Notes: a model not told the origin generated them from the sequence alone. A DNA stretch of 64,000 nucleotides from Eledone cirrhosa (GCA_964016885.1 OZ024746.1:7812001-7876000), one strand, 5' to 3'; shown: positions 1 through 12,811, counted from the first letter of the stretch. Translations and numbers: made by a program.

Positions 1-1751
1 ACAGGGGCCGAAACAAATACTGCAAGGTATTCTATCTGTCAATGCTTAAACGACTGACAATTCGCCGCTTAATCAAAGGACGAATTGTTGCTTATTATGA
101 CAGTTAATGACAACTAATGTATGTTGTGTATTTATATATGTACTTGTGTGTTTATATGTGGGGGTATTTACTTAAGCTAAACGGTTTTCATGGTCACAAT
201 ATTCCAAATAAAATCCGTTTGTAATTGTTGCCACATATAACTGAATCAAGAAAAAAACTGTCATTGGAAAATTTCAACAAAATACTACTTCAATACATTT
301 TTTTTTCTTTGTTATTTATATTCAAGGTATTAAATATAACGTGATTTTTTTTCTCATACGTGGAAATGTGTTTTAATTATCGTCATTGCGTACAAGTCAT
401 GCAGTGTTAGGACATAAGTGACTTAAAATATTACTAGTTTAATTACTTTGATTATTATTTGTGATAATTAAATGAGGTACGAGTATGACTATTTATCCTA
501 ACCCAAAGTGAAAGCCTTTCTCTAGTGAATATATTTTCGTTCAACATATAAACATGTGAAAACTATATTAATAACTCCTTTGTGTGTTTGTATAGGGAAA
601 AAGAAATTGTGTTGAAAGTAGGCTCCAGGTCTACTTGCTGATACGATGGTAACACTGACGAACAATAAATATCTATAACTGGGTTGAAAGATCCCCATTA
701 ATAACATAATGTAGAAATTGGATTTTCTTTTTAGAAGAATCCTATTTGCTTTGATAATATCGATTTTCTTTCGCCAGTCTAGTTTGTTAAGAAGTGACAA
801 TATGGTTGGTTGAATCTACTCCACTATTTTATGATGTCTATATTTTATTAAACACATCACTCCTGGGCCTAAACAAACTGTGTTATAAAGCCAACTAGAA
901 CATGTTTCTTATAAGAAATACCATATGTTAATATGACAATGTATTATTATATTTGTAGATTAAGCAGAGAATATAAAGTGTGTAGAAATATATTGATTTA
1001 TTATTTATATTTTGTTAGGGAGCAAATGAGATTAAATCTATGGCAGTAGTTCGGTTTTCAATGGCATTCACATAGAAGTGTAAAATAGACTCGACCTACA
1101 TTCGCACACACTAAAGGAAAAATGGATCTGCCTTCTCCATTAATGACGCTCTCTGTAAATGCTATATATTTTACCCTTCATTAACACCTTTTGTTCTATA
1201 CTGGCAAGTTACACAAACATTTTAGATTCAACCCATGTAGTTATTTTAGAATGTTCTAGAACTTTTCAGTCGCGTGACATCAGGTTTCAAAACTTCGAAG
1301 AATCTCAAACCTTTTCCTTGGGTCTATTATGTCGGTCAGGTTAGTATTTTTCTAGTCATTTCCGTCTACAAGGATTTCTCTTTAAGACAGAGCACAAAGT
1401 ATAACGTATTCATTGAAAACAAGATAATTATGCTTCCATAAAGTATTTATCATTTAACCTAGCATTCATTAATACTTATTGTGATGTTGGTGACACGGCA
1501 AACAGCTCCCAATACACCCTGTAAAGTGGTCGTGTTGGTACCATGTTCAAAAGCACCCAGTCAACCCTGTAAAATGGTCGTGCTGGTGACACGACAAAAA
1601 GTGACTAATCCGCCTTGTAAGGTGGTCGTGCTAGTACCACTATAAAAAAAAAAAAGCACTTCATTCTTTGGAAACGGAGAGTTATGTTTTCACAAAATAT
1701 TTATAATTTAACTTGGCATTCATTTAATACTTATACCAAAACATTATTTTT

Positions 1752-1937
1752 GGTGGATTGGCAGTATCGGTAGAGAGTCGGACGCCATGCTTTGACGCAT
1801 TGAGTTACGGCCCTTGCCATTCTGAGTTCAAATCCCACCGAGGTTAACTGTGCCTTTCATCCTTATGGGGTCGATAAAATAAAGTACCAGTTATACACTG
1901 GATAATTGCTGGCCTTGTGCCAAAAGTAGAAACAATT
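1752..1937 (+). mobile_element. tRNA-derived SINE (family A; Meta-domain-like core, ATT tail)
   Basis: Box-B-like GAGTTCAAATCC, core GCCTTTCATCCTTATGGGGTCGATAAAATAAAGTACCAG and 3' end GGCCTTGTGCCAAAAGTAGAAACAATTA. More than 10 related copies in the window. Confidence 0.8.
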
Positions 1938-2285
1938 ATTTTTATTGTAATTAATATTGGATTTATTGTGTGTATTATTTCTACATAATATTATTACGTT
2001 AACCATATGTAGCGTAAATAAAAAGAGATTATAATTTGTACAGTTTTCCTTGTTTGTTACTTAATAGACGGTGTTTGTGGCTTTCTGGGTTTCCTCACAA
2101 TTAAGTCTCTTCTCTTACACATATTCGTTCGCTACAAGAGAAATAAATTAACTTGAGTTTAGAATCGGAACCAACTTGGAGATTAAGTAGTGAATTCGGG
2201 GGGAAGCCACTGAAAAAATATAGCACAGCACATAAATATAAAAAAAAAAAACATCTTAAGATATTTCTATAAAACGTGATGTTTA

Positions 2286-2318
<33 letters not shown>

Positions 2319-2320
<2 letters not shown>

Positions 2321-2715
2321 CAAAATATTAATAAATGGATATATGTTTTATTATATATATTTCGGAGGTACTGTGCTGTTTTTTTTAGTACGTCCTCATC
2401 AGATAAAATACATAAATTGATGTATGACATCCCTAAACTGTGCTGATTGTTCAATTCCAGTTTTGGCAAGACTGGAATTGAACCATCTGCACAGTTGAGG
2501 TATGTTATACATCAATTTATATTTTTTATCTGATGAGGACGTACTGAAAAAACAGCACAGTACCTCCGAAATATATATAATAAAACATATTTTTATTATG
2601 TGAATGTATCCATTTATTAATATTTTGAAGTAATATTAATAACTCCAGAAAACTTCCTCGTAGAGTGCTTTTAATCTATTGTAAAACTATATTCATTGAC
2701 TAATCAATGAACCTT

Positions 2716-2717
<2 letters not shown>
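2319..2717 (+). mobile_element. Fold-back PLE-pLTR-like insertion in (TA)n
   Basis: Inverted arms ~2319-2465 and ~2467-2629, then a unique tail with GAGTGCTT (2663). TA tracts on both sides. Confidence 0.75.
2524..2585 (+). ncRNA. Minimal type-I hammerhead ribozyme
   Basis: TTTTAT-CTGATGA-GGACGTACTG(loop)CAGTACCTCC-GAAA-TATATA-TA-ATAAAA. Stems I and II pair and stem III is palindromic. Mirror copy on the minus strand at ~2346-2408. Confidence 0.75.
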
Positions 2718-2761
<44 letters not shown>

Positions 2762-2913
2762 GTGTGTAGATATATATATATATATATACACACGTGTATA
2801 TATATATATATGTGTGTATATATATATGTGTGTGTGTGTGTGTAATATTATCGTCATTGTGTACAAGTGTGTTGTCGGTTGCTAAGAGACGTGTATTATA
2901 ATTTGCTTGGTTA

Positions 2914-2969
2914 ATAAAGTACCAGTAATGCACTGGGTAATTGCTGGCCTTGTGCCTAAAGTAGAAACA
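2914..2969 (+). mobile_element. 3' fragment of SINE family A with 19-bp TSD
   Basis: ATTATAATTTGCTTGGTTA occurs at 2895-2913 and 2970-2988, flanking the SINE 3' end. Confidence 0.85.
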
Positions 2970-3875
2970 ATTATAATTTGCTTGGTTATGTAAACTATGG
3001 TTATGATATTTAAATTAAATGTGACATTTTTTTCCCTGTGACTATATTATTTCTGTTGACCGAAGTATTGCCCCTGACATTTGCAGGCCTTCTCAGACAT
3101 TGATGTAGTAGTTGTTCAGTGTAGTTATTACACTGTTTTACTATAGTTATAACAAAACTTCCGTAATAATACATCTTTGCTGGAAGGTTCATCAGACAAC
3201 ACTGATTGAGCAGGATTTCAAGTCAGAAACACCAAACTAAAAGAATACTGTAAAAACTTTTAACCAGACTTTCTGTTATTACCCCCACACCTAATCTTTC
3301 TGTTATTACCCCCACACCTAATCTTTCTGTTTTGTAAATAATCACGGCATGGTATGTAATGGCATTTGTGCATGTTAAAGTTTTTCTTGTGTCTAGAGCA
3401 GGGGTCTCATATTCAAGGACTCAAAAGAGACATTAAGTTCCGAGGAAGAGGCTCAGTGGGTCAAAAGTGTGATGGGTGGAGGGTGTGATAGGAAGATAAA
3501 CTACCCCACCCCAGCAAAATGCAGATGCATGTGATAGTAAGTGGATATGTGAATTAGTACAAAATGTAGGGGCGGGGAAGAAATTTGCCGTTTCAAATTT
3601 TCCAGGGGAGAGTAGCTTTTGTGCTTTGCTTAGTTAAAATAAAATCAATAACAAGCACATAATTAATCTAGCGAGCATGATAACTTTGAGACTGTACTTC
3701 TATTAAGGTGGGGTAAACAACGCTTTAACTCAATCAAATGCAAGGGGGATAACTGAAAATTAAACACCGATTTTTTTTTTATTTTTTTTTTTTATTTTTA
3801 TTTTTAAAAAATTTTTTTTTTTAATAAGTTGATCCACCAAAGTCCAAAGTAATAACGAAGAATAAATATTTTGGA

Positions 3876-4033
3876 GTTGAGCAGCAATCTTACTTTCCTT
3901 GATCAATGTGTATTTAATACAATAGATCAAAATCTTAAATTTGATCTGCTTTTGTGTTGAGCAGCAATCCTACTTTCTTTGATCAATGTGTATTTAATAC
4001 AATGGATCAAAATCTTAAATTTAATCTGCTTTT
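3876..4033. repeat. 80-bp tandem duplication
   Basis: GTTGAGCAGCAATC...AAATTTGATCTGCTTTT occurs twice. Confidence 0.85.
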
Positions 4034-6209
4034 ATGAATAAACGAAACTTGTAGTAAAGGGATTTGGTTAGTTGATCTGTGAAGATAGTTGGAGAGTTAG
4101 AGAGAGATTGGTATTTGTATAGATCACCATAGTGTAACAACAATTGTGCTACCTTCTTGACATTTTTAATGGAAGAAATTACTAAAATCAATAAGTTTAT
4201 ATTAAGCAGTTTATCTGTGAATATAAATATTTCTGTGATTGGTTATCTTCAGCACAGAGCTAGTCCACAGATAATTTAAAGGTTGATATAAATAACCACA
4301 AAAGAATATTGACAGAAAACAAAAAAAAAAATGTAATATTTCTGCTATAATGTGATATTAGACACCATAAGTTCTAATCTGAGTCAGAAAGGAGAAACAA
4401 GCCAACTGATCAGATCATATTTTGTTAAACGTGAAGGGTTGAGCCATTGTGTCAAATTTCAATACCCTACTGTCAGTTATATTATAATCTCGATTACAAT
4501 TTGAGATCAATAATGGTAATCTAACTTCCCTTGGTTCCAGAACTTGCTATGTTATTATTGATTACCCCACATAACCAACCAGCATACCATCTCAGATATA
4601 TTAGTGATGAGTAATGAGGTTGTCAAGTATGTATAACTTTCTCAGTAGTGGAGTATTAGTAATGTAAATGAACTGAATTGGTTATGACTGGGGATTGAAA
4701 CTGTTATAAAATTGACTCTCTGAAAGCTTATACCTACACTTTAGTGCGCATTTGAAGTGTTTTGGTGTTTTTTGATTAAAAAAAAATGTTTTGTATGCAC
4801 TAATGTGACCGCTGAGAGCTAGTATCATCTCCAGTTTCAAGATGTGAAGTTGATGGGTCGTGAACCATTATTTTACAAATATCATTGACAGATGACCTGG
4901 TTGATACCTATTTCTGACATCCAAATAAATTGAAGCAATGTAATTTAAGTATCCTGTCCCTGACACAAACTTCAGCAAAGCACCTGCAACAAGTTAAGAG
5001 ATGATAGTCTAATTACTAATCAACATGATTTATTTGCTACATGGAAATAGGTTAATTGGTCTACATGTTTAGGAATAGAAAACTTGATTTTTTTTTACCT
5101 TTTCCCATTCTCTTCAAGGAATACATAACATTCTACTACATTCTTTTTAACCCTTTTTAACACCAAACTGCCTCAGATTCTATTACACAAAAATTCTTAT
5201 TTTAAAGTATCATCATCATTTAATATCTATTTTTCCATGCTTGCATGGGTTAGGTTGTCACATTAATGAGACAAGTGAGGTGACCCATGTCTTGCTCATA
5301 TGGATCCACATTTTGGCTTAATTTCTACAGCTGGATGCCCTTCTTAACGCCAACCATCTTCAAGTGTGGATTGGGTGCTTTTTATTGTGGTACCAGCATG
5401 ACCACCTTAGAACATGTGATCTTCTGACCTGTCTAAGAGGAGAGTAATGTAGGATAAGAACTGACATGGACTGTAACAACCTGCCCAACCCATGGAAAAC
5501 TAATGTGAAATAACTATAACAATGATATATGTACATAGAAACATAGATTGGATAGTCAGGTGAGGCTCTTGTTAATAAATGTAAATATATGAGCAGTATC
5601 ATCCAATATCACAAAACTATTTTCATCAACATGTGTTCTGTTTAACATACTATTAGACACTTACAGATATATATCATCATCATCAGCATTTAATGTCCAT
5701 TTTTCCACTCTAGCATGGGTTAGACAAATTGTCCTGTTGAGACAAGTCGGATCAAATGACCATGTCTTTCTCATAAAGAACTGTTTCTGGCTTGGTTTCT
5801 ACAGCTGGATGCTTTTTATAACATCAACCATATTTACAGTGTGGACTGGATGCTTTTTGTCATGGTGTCAGAATGACCACTTTACAGTGTCGACTGGGTG
5901 CTTTTGACGCGACACCAAAACAGCCACTTTACAGTGTGGACTGGATGCTTTTGTTGTCACTCAATCACACTATAGGGTGGACTGGGCGTTTATTGTCATG
6001 TCACTAGCCTGGCTACATCATAGAGCAGGTCGGGCGCCTTCTGTCATGTCACCAACATGCCTGTGTATGTATCTTTCTTACTATATCAAGCGTAAAACTA
6101 ATATATTTCTTCATTGTACTGTATCATTTGCCTTGTTATTTGTTTGCCTTTTGTATACATAGATACATATTTATACAGATACGTGTATATATATGTATAT
6201 GTATGTGTG

Positions 6210-6242
<33 letters not shown>

Positions 6243-6339
6243 ATGTGTACAGTTTACCCTATGAATAGAGAATGGGCTATCAAATATGCACTTTCCCTGC
6301 TTTAAATTCTTTCTCTTCCCTTTCTCCATTCCCCCTCTC

Positions 6340-6492
6340 TACCTATCTATATATCTATCTATCCATATATCTATATATCTATCTATACATCTATCTATCT
6401 ATCTATACATCTATCTATCTATAAACATCTATCTATCTATACATCTATCTATCTATATATCTATCTATCTATATATCTATCTATCTATATAT
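6340..6492. repeat. (ATCT)n-type microsatellite, left flank of the LINE
   Basis: Degenerate CTAT/ATCT repeats that resume at 9835-10097. Confidence 0.9.
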
Positions 6493-9400
6493 CCTTCTTC
6501 CATCGTCTGGAGACTTTTCTAGGGATGTCCCGCTCCTTGCTATTAGTGGGGGACTGGAATGGTATCCTAGATGCACGCTGGGACTACGTAGGGGCCTGCC
6601 CCGATAGAGAGGAGTGTAATAGCCTCAAAGGGTTAATCGGTCGATTTGACCTGGTCGATAGATATCGACTAGATTTTCCGACTGCGCCAACCTGGACTTG
6701 GGCAAATCGTAGCGGATCATCTAGGTCGTACCTAGATAGGTTCTTAGTTAGAATTAAGGATAAGGACTTTTTAAGTTGTCCAAAAATGCGCATGGTTGGC
6801 TATTCAGACCACAAATTAGTGACCTGCATGGTCAACCTTGACAGAACTCATAGACAGGGCCCCGGTTACTGGAAGCTCAACTTGTCCTTGCCGGCAAGTA
6901 GAGCCTACAGGAATCGGATTAGTACGTTAGTTAAGGAACGGTTGACTGGAGCGACCGTCAACAGCAGGTGGTGGGTATCTCTAAAGAGAGAGATTAGAGT
7001 AGTCTCGATAGAATTTAGTAAGGTTCTAGCTGCGGATAGGAATAGGAAGGAAAGGGAGCTAATAGATAGAGTAGAAGAGGCAATTAGAAGCGGCGACGTG
7101 GCCAGAGTGCTAGCGTCGAGAACGGCTTTGAGCCAGTTTTTCGACGCGAAGCACGAAGGCTGCGTTGTCCGAAGTAAAATACGTGCTCTAGGGAACGAGG
7201 GGACCAAAGCTGTTAGCTGGGCCCGCGTGACAGAGGCCAACAGTGGAACTAAATCCACCATCCGGTCTTTGCGAGACCTGGATGGACGGGCGATTCTTGA
7301 GCCTAAGCAGATGTGTGAGGCCTTTCAAAGGCACTTTGCCCGACTGTTCGGGAGGGGCGGGGAGCCGGTTGGGAACGTGGACTTCGGTCCATACCTCGAC
7401 GGCCTGCCGCGCCTCTCGGACAGGGAGGCGAAGTCCTGCGAGGAGCCGATTTCGGCCACTGAGATAGAGGACGTGCTGAGCCAATGCGGCAAACGCAAAT
7501 CCCCGGGTCTCGATGGTCTTCCTTACGAATTATATCTAGCTATGCCGGACTTGTTCCCCGATCTCCTCGAGGCGGTCTACTGCAACTGGCAACAGAACGG
7601 GAGAATTCCCTGTACTGTGACCAAGGGCGTAGTCACGCTAGTGAGGAAGGACGAGAACAAGGGGGACGAAATAAGTAACTTCAGGCCCATAACTCTGCTA
7701 AATACAGAGTTACAGATTTTGGCCAAGGTGCTAGCAAAGAGGTTGGCGCTTGTCGTGGACAACCTGGTGGGAGATGCGCAAACATGCGCTATCCCGTCCA
7801 GGTCCATCCATGACAACCTCCACCTCATGCGATACATCATAGAGAGGGTTGGGAACGAACCCGGCTTTGGTGGGGCTCTGATCAACTTGGATCAATCTAA
7901 GGCGTTCGATAGGGTCGACCATGGTTACCTGGATGCGGTGCTAGCGGCGGCAGGCTTCGGACCCGTTTTCAGGGGCTGGATCACTGCTATGCACAGCAGC
8001 CGCATCTGCTCTAGGGTCAAGGTGAACGGCTACCTCTCGGAGCCGTTCAAAATCGCGCGGTCCATCCGACAAGGGTGCCCTCTCTCCTCCCTTCTGTATG
8101 TGTTGACTCTCGAGCCACTACTGCGGAAGTTGGAGTTGTTGCAGGGCATCCCTTTGGAACCAGGATTGCGGAAAGCGGTGTCGGCCTACGCCGATGACGT
8201 GACAGTAATGGTGTCGACGGCCTCCAAAATCGAGGCGGTCGGCACCTTACTGGAGGAGTACGAAAAGTTCACAGGGGCTAAGCTGAACCGGGACAAGTCG
8301 ATCGGTTTGCAACTCGGCACGTGGAGGGGCAGACCGATGCCCTCCGATGGCGTCGTCGGACGCTGGATGGAGGGCCCGGTGAAGTTGCTCGGGGTCTGGT
8401 TCGGACCGGACCTCCAGGTGGAGAAAAACTGGGCGGAGGTTACGAACAGGGTGTTTGCACTGACCCAGAAGTGGGCCAGTTGCAAACTATCCCTGAAAGG
8501 TCGGGCGGAGGTGGCGAACACCTACATAGCGTCCGTCATCTACTACCGCCTGACCGTAGTGCCCTGCCCAAGGGAAACCCTCACCAAGATGGAGCGCGCG
8601 CTCTTCCAATTCCTTTGGAAGAGGCGGGCTCCTATGGTGAGGAGATCCATCTGCTGTCAACACCCTTCGAAAGGAGGGCTGGGGATGCCGTGGCTAATGA
8701 TGCGTAAACACGCATTAAGGCTACGGCACCTCTACGTATTCCTCGCCGGACAACCGGTGTGGGCCTCGTTTGTGAGACGAACCTTTCCCAGACTCGTCTC
8801 ACTCACCGAGCTGCAATCCTGGGTCAAGCAAAGAACGAGAAAACTGGGCGCCTGGCACACTGAGTGTGCCCAGGCGCTCACCGCCCTCTGGCAGGCGGAT
8901 CCGGTTATCAGTGGAGACTCCACCGCAACATTCTATAGAGGGCTGGTACGCAGCAGGTGCGACGACGTCCTCGGAGAAGCCCTAGACATGGAGGAGGACG
9001 AACTGGCCAGCCTGTTCGGTAGGACATTCAGCCCGGGACCTATGGACAACTTCCAGAAGTCCCTGGCCTGGCAGTGCTACCGAGGGGCTTTACCCGTTCG
9101 AGAAAGGCTCTACAGACACGGGCGCCCGGGTAGGGACCCCGCCAAAAAGATCTGTCCCAGATGCGTGTGCGACGAGGAAACCGTTGCACACGCATTGGTA
9201 CACTGCTCGGGCGTAGCCGATCTGTGGGGCTATGTCGAACAACTGCTGTCAAGGGCGGGACCGATCCGGTTGACCACCGAGTCTATTGTAATGATCAAGC
9301 CGCCTCCCCCCTTCAAAGATGAAGCAGAGGCGGTGTTTCTGTGCGTAATAGCCATGGCGAAAGAGGTTGTATGGTGGACGCGTCTGAAAGGACTGAGGTC

Positions 9401-9831
9401 AGGCACCTTTCTCTCTGGCCAACAACTGGTCCGTTTCTTCCGATATCATTTCGGAAGAAGGATCAGGATGGAGAGAGAGGTGCTGCACCCCAGCCGTTTC
9501 TATGAAAGATGGGTGAAAGTGGCGAGAATGGCCCGTGTGAATGGGCCTTCACTCTACATCAGACTATAGGTGAGGAAGATGAAAGACCAAGGGAGCACCC
9601 CTTCTCTGTGCTCCTGAGGAGAAGGGCTGCACACTTTTTTCGGGGGTGTGTGCGACCCCCCAAGGCGCCTCCTCTCTATTGAGGATTTTGTTATAAATTT
9701 TATTTTTTGTTATATCTTATTTTATTTTTATATTTTGTTATTGCCTCCTCCTTATTGAGGACGCCTTTTTGTGTAAACTCCCCCCTTTGTACTTGTCCCA
9801 CTTTTGATGCCCTAGTGGCAAATAAAAGAAA
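6492..9831 (+). mobile_element. 5'-truncated Tx1/L1-clade non-LTR retrotransposon
   Basis: GC-rich island. The frame is open from ~6492 (SFFHRLETFLG before the Met). ~260-nt 3' UTR ending AATAAAAGAA. Interrupts an ATCT array. Confidence 0.9.
6525..9569 (+). CDS. LINE ORF2: partial APE endonuclease, reverse transcriptase, C-terminal zinc knuckle
   Basis: APE motifs GDWN, SYLDRF, SDH; linker GPGYWKLN; RT motifs KSPGLDGL, NFRPITLLN, DQSKAFDRVDH, RQGCPLS, YADD; zinc motif CPRC..EETVAHALVHC. Confidence 0.95.
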   Translation: MSRSLLLVGDWNGILDARWDYVGACPDREECNSLKGLIGRFDLVDRYRLDFPTAPTWTWANRSGSSRSYLDRFLVRIKDKDFLSCPKMRMVGYSDHKLVTCMVNLDRTHRQGPGYWKLNLSLPASRAYRNRISTLVKERLTGATVNSRWWVSLKREIRVVSIEFSKVLAADRNRKERELIDRVEEAIRSGDVARVLASRTALSQFFDAKHEGCVVRSKIRALGNEGTKAVSWARVTEANSGTKSTIRSLRDLDGRAILEPKQMCEAFQRHFARLFGRGGEPVGNVDFGPYLDGLPRLSDREAKSCEEPISATEIEDVLSQCGKRKSPGLDGLPYELYLAMPDLFPDLLEAVYCNWQQNGRIPCTVTKGVVTLVRKDENKGDEISNFRPITLLNTELQILAKVLAKRLALVVDNLVGDAQTCAIPSRSIHDNLHLMRYIIERVGNEPGFGGALINLDQSKAFDRVDHGYLDAVLAAAGFGPVFRGWITAMHSSRICSRVKVNGYLSEPFKIARSIRQGCPLSSLLYVLTLEPLLRKLELLQGIPLEPGLRKAVSAYADDVTVMVSTASKIEAVGTLLEEYEKFTGAKLNRDKSIGLQLGTWRGRPMPSDGVVGRWMEGPVKLLGVWFGPDLQVEKNWAEVTNRVFALTQKWASCKLSLKGRAEVANTYIASVIYYRLTVVPCPRETLTKMERALFQFLWKRRAPMVRRSICCQHPSKGGLGMPWLMMRKHALRLRHLYVFLAGQPVWASFVRRTFPRLVSLTELQSWVKQRTRKLGAWHTECAQALTALWQADPVISGDSTATFYRGLVRSRCDDVLGEALDMEEDELASLFGRTFSPGPMDNFQKSLAWQCYRGALPVRERLYRHGRPGRDPAKKICPRCVCDEETVAHALVHCSGVADLWGYVEQLLSRAGPIRLTTESIVMIKPPPPFKDEAEAVFLCVIAMAKEVVWWTRLKGLRSGTFLSGQQLVRFFRYHFGRRIRMEREVLHPSRFYERWVKVARMARVNGPSLYIRL

Positions 9832-9834
9832 CAT

Positions 9835-10097
9835 ATATATCTATCTATCCATATATCTATACATCTATCTATCTATACATCTATCTATCTATACATCTAT
9901 CTATCTATAAATCTATCTATCTATACATCTATCTATGTATATATCTATCTATCTATATATCTATCTATCTATACATCTATCTATCTATACATCTATCTAT
10001 CTATACATCTATCTATCTATACATCTATCTATCTATACATCTATCTATCTATACATCTATCTATCTATCTATATATCTATCTATCTATATATCTATC
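9835..10097. repeat. (ATCT)n-type microsatellite, right flank of the LINE
   Basis: CTAT/ACAT repeats. Confidence 0.9.
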
Positions 10098-10296
10098 TCT
10101 CCTTTCTTTCCCTCTCTCATGTTTGCAGTTAATTATAAAGAAGGTGGCATCATTTCTATTTTTAGCCGTTTTTAGTTGCATATAAGCTTTGTAAGAAGAG
10201 GGAATAGTGTATATGTGTGTATGTATGTACATGTCTCTGTATGTGTCTCTGTGTGTGTGTATGTGTGTGTGTATGTGTATATATATATGCACACAT

Positions 10297-10433
<137 letters not shown>

Positions 10434-10608
10434 TATTTATCTGTTTTCTATCTATATATCTATTTATCAAAACACACACACACACACACACATATACATA
10501 CACACACATACACACACACATACACACACATATATATATATATACATTTGGTATATATATATATATTTGGTATATATATATATATATATTTGGTATATAT
10601 ATATATTT

Positions 10609-10650
<42 letters not shown>

Positions 10651-10759
10651 GTATATATATATTTGGTATATATATATTTGGTATATATATATTTGGTATA
10701 TATATATATATATTTGGTATATATATATATATATATGATAACCACCCCGTTCTATGTAA

Positions 10760-11053
10760 AGTTATGTTGGTGCCACGCCATCCAGGCCGAAACAAATGAG
10801 ATCGTGTAGGTGTCACGACAAAAAAACACACAGTCCACGCTGTAATGTGGCCGTGTAGGCAACACGGTAAAAACCTCCCAGACCCACACTGTAAATGTGG
10901 TTGGTGTTAGGAAGGGCATCCAACTGTAGAAAACCTGCCAGACAGTCCTATGCGAGCAAGACAATCACTCTTGCCTCAAGTGGGACTACCCCCGTCCAAA
11001 CCCATGCAAGCGTGGAACACGGACGTTAAACGTTGATGATGATGATGATGATG
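10760..11053 (+). mobile_element. RTE-type 3' UTR / SINE tail fragment
   Basis: ~40-bp internal repeats, GAAGGGCATCCAACTGTAGAAA, then CCCATGCAAGCGTGGAACACGGACGTTAAAC-(GAT)n. Confidence 0.7.
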
Positions 11054-11087
<34 letters not shown>

Positions 11088-11090
11088 TAC

Positions 11091-11126
<36 letters not shown>

Positions 11127-11259
11127 GTATATATAATGTATATATATTTGGTATATATAATGTATATATATTTGGTATATATAATGTATATATATTTGGT
11201 ATATATAATATATATATATATATATATTTGGTGTATATATAATGTATATATATTTGGTG

Positions 11260-11292
<33 letters not shown>

Positions 11293-11295
11293 TTG

Positions 11296-11327
<32 letters not shown>

Positions 11328-11330
11328 TTG

Positions 11331-11362
<32 letters not shown>

Positions 11363-11382
11363 TTGGTGTATATATATATATA

Positions 11383-11824
11383 TACGATATTAAATAAATG
11401 GAAATTATATTTATAAAACCATATCTATTTCACTATATATATTTCAGGGATATCATATTAACAATATGCTATGCCTTCTTCAGACAAAATACAATATAGA
11501 CAGTCTTATAAATAAATAGATTCGACATACCTTTCAACATCGACTTGCATTTGCCAAATCAACTTTTCAAATGCAAGTCGATGTTGAAAGGTATGTCGAA
11601 TCTATTTATTTATAAGACTGTCTATATTGTATTTTGTCTGAAGAAGGCATAGCATATTGTTAATATGATATCCCTGAAATATATATAGTGAAATAGATAT
11701 GGTTTTATAAATATAATTTCCATTTATTTAATATCGTAAATATACTCCAAATACTTGTTGAGTGCTTTTATATCAGTTATAAATATTTACTCGTTGTAAC
11801 CCAACAATTTAAATATAACTTTCC
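11383..11824 (+). mobile_element. Fold-back PLE-pLTR-like insertion in (TA)n
   Basis: Apparently perfect 171-bp arms at 11383-11553 and 11568-11738, a 14-nt loop, and a tail with GAGTGCTT (11760). Confidence 0.8.
11630..11695 (+). ncRNA. Minimal type-I hammerhead ribozyme
   Basis: TATTTTGT-CTGAAGA-AGG...CCT-GAAA-TATATA-TA-GTGAAATA. Stem I includes G:U pairs. Mirror copy on the minus strand at ~11426-11491. Confidence 0.7.
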
Positions 11825-11884
11825 ATATATATATATATATATATATATTTGGTGTATATATATATATATATATATATATATTTG

Positions 11885-11919
<35 letters not shown>

Positions 11920-11959
11920 GTGTATATATATATATATATATATATATTTGGTGTGTGTG

Positions 11960-11991
<32 letters not shown>

Positions 11992-12002
11992 ATATATATT
12001 TG

Positions 12003-12051
<49 letters not shown>

Positions 12052-12103
12052 ATTTGGTGTGTGTGTATATATATATATATATTATATATAATATATATAT
12101 TTG

Positions 12104-12148
<45 letters not shown>

Positions 12149-12159
12149 ATATATATTTG

Positions 12160-12220
<61 letters not shown>

Positions 12221-12248
12221 TTGGTGTATATATATATATATATATAAT

Positions 12249-12291
<43 letters not shown>

Positions 12292-12318
12292 TTTGGTGTA
12301 TATATATATATATATATG

Positions 12319-12352
<34 letters not shown>

Positions 12353-12370
12353 TATAATATATATTTGGTG

Positions 12371-12403
<33 letters not shown>

Positions 12404-12439
12404 TATAATATATATTGGTGGTTTATATATATATATTTG

Positions 12440-12473
<34 letters not shown>

Positions 12474-12488
12474 TATAATATATATTTG

Positions 12489-12522
<34 letters not shown>

Positions 12523-12811
12523 TATAATATATATTTGGTGTATATATATATATATATTTTGGTGTATATATATATAAATATATATATATAATATATATAT
12601 AATATATATTTGGTGTATATATATATATATATTTGGTGTATATATATATATATATATTTGGTGTATATATATATATATTTGGTGTATATATATATATATA
12701 TATAGTATTTACGTATCGAGAAAGAGAGAAAAACTGGGCGAAACGTACGTAGGTGATATTTTAAATAAACATGTTTTAACGGTCTATTCTCCGATTTTTC
12801 ACTTTCCCACG

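Noticed and set aside
522-800. 92-aa minus-strand ORF
   Set aside because: No recognisable motif, non-ATG start and no supporting exon structure.
6584-9252. Overlapping short ORFs within the LINE
   Set aside because: Shadow frames of GC-rich coding sequence.
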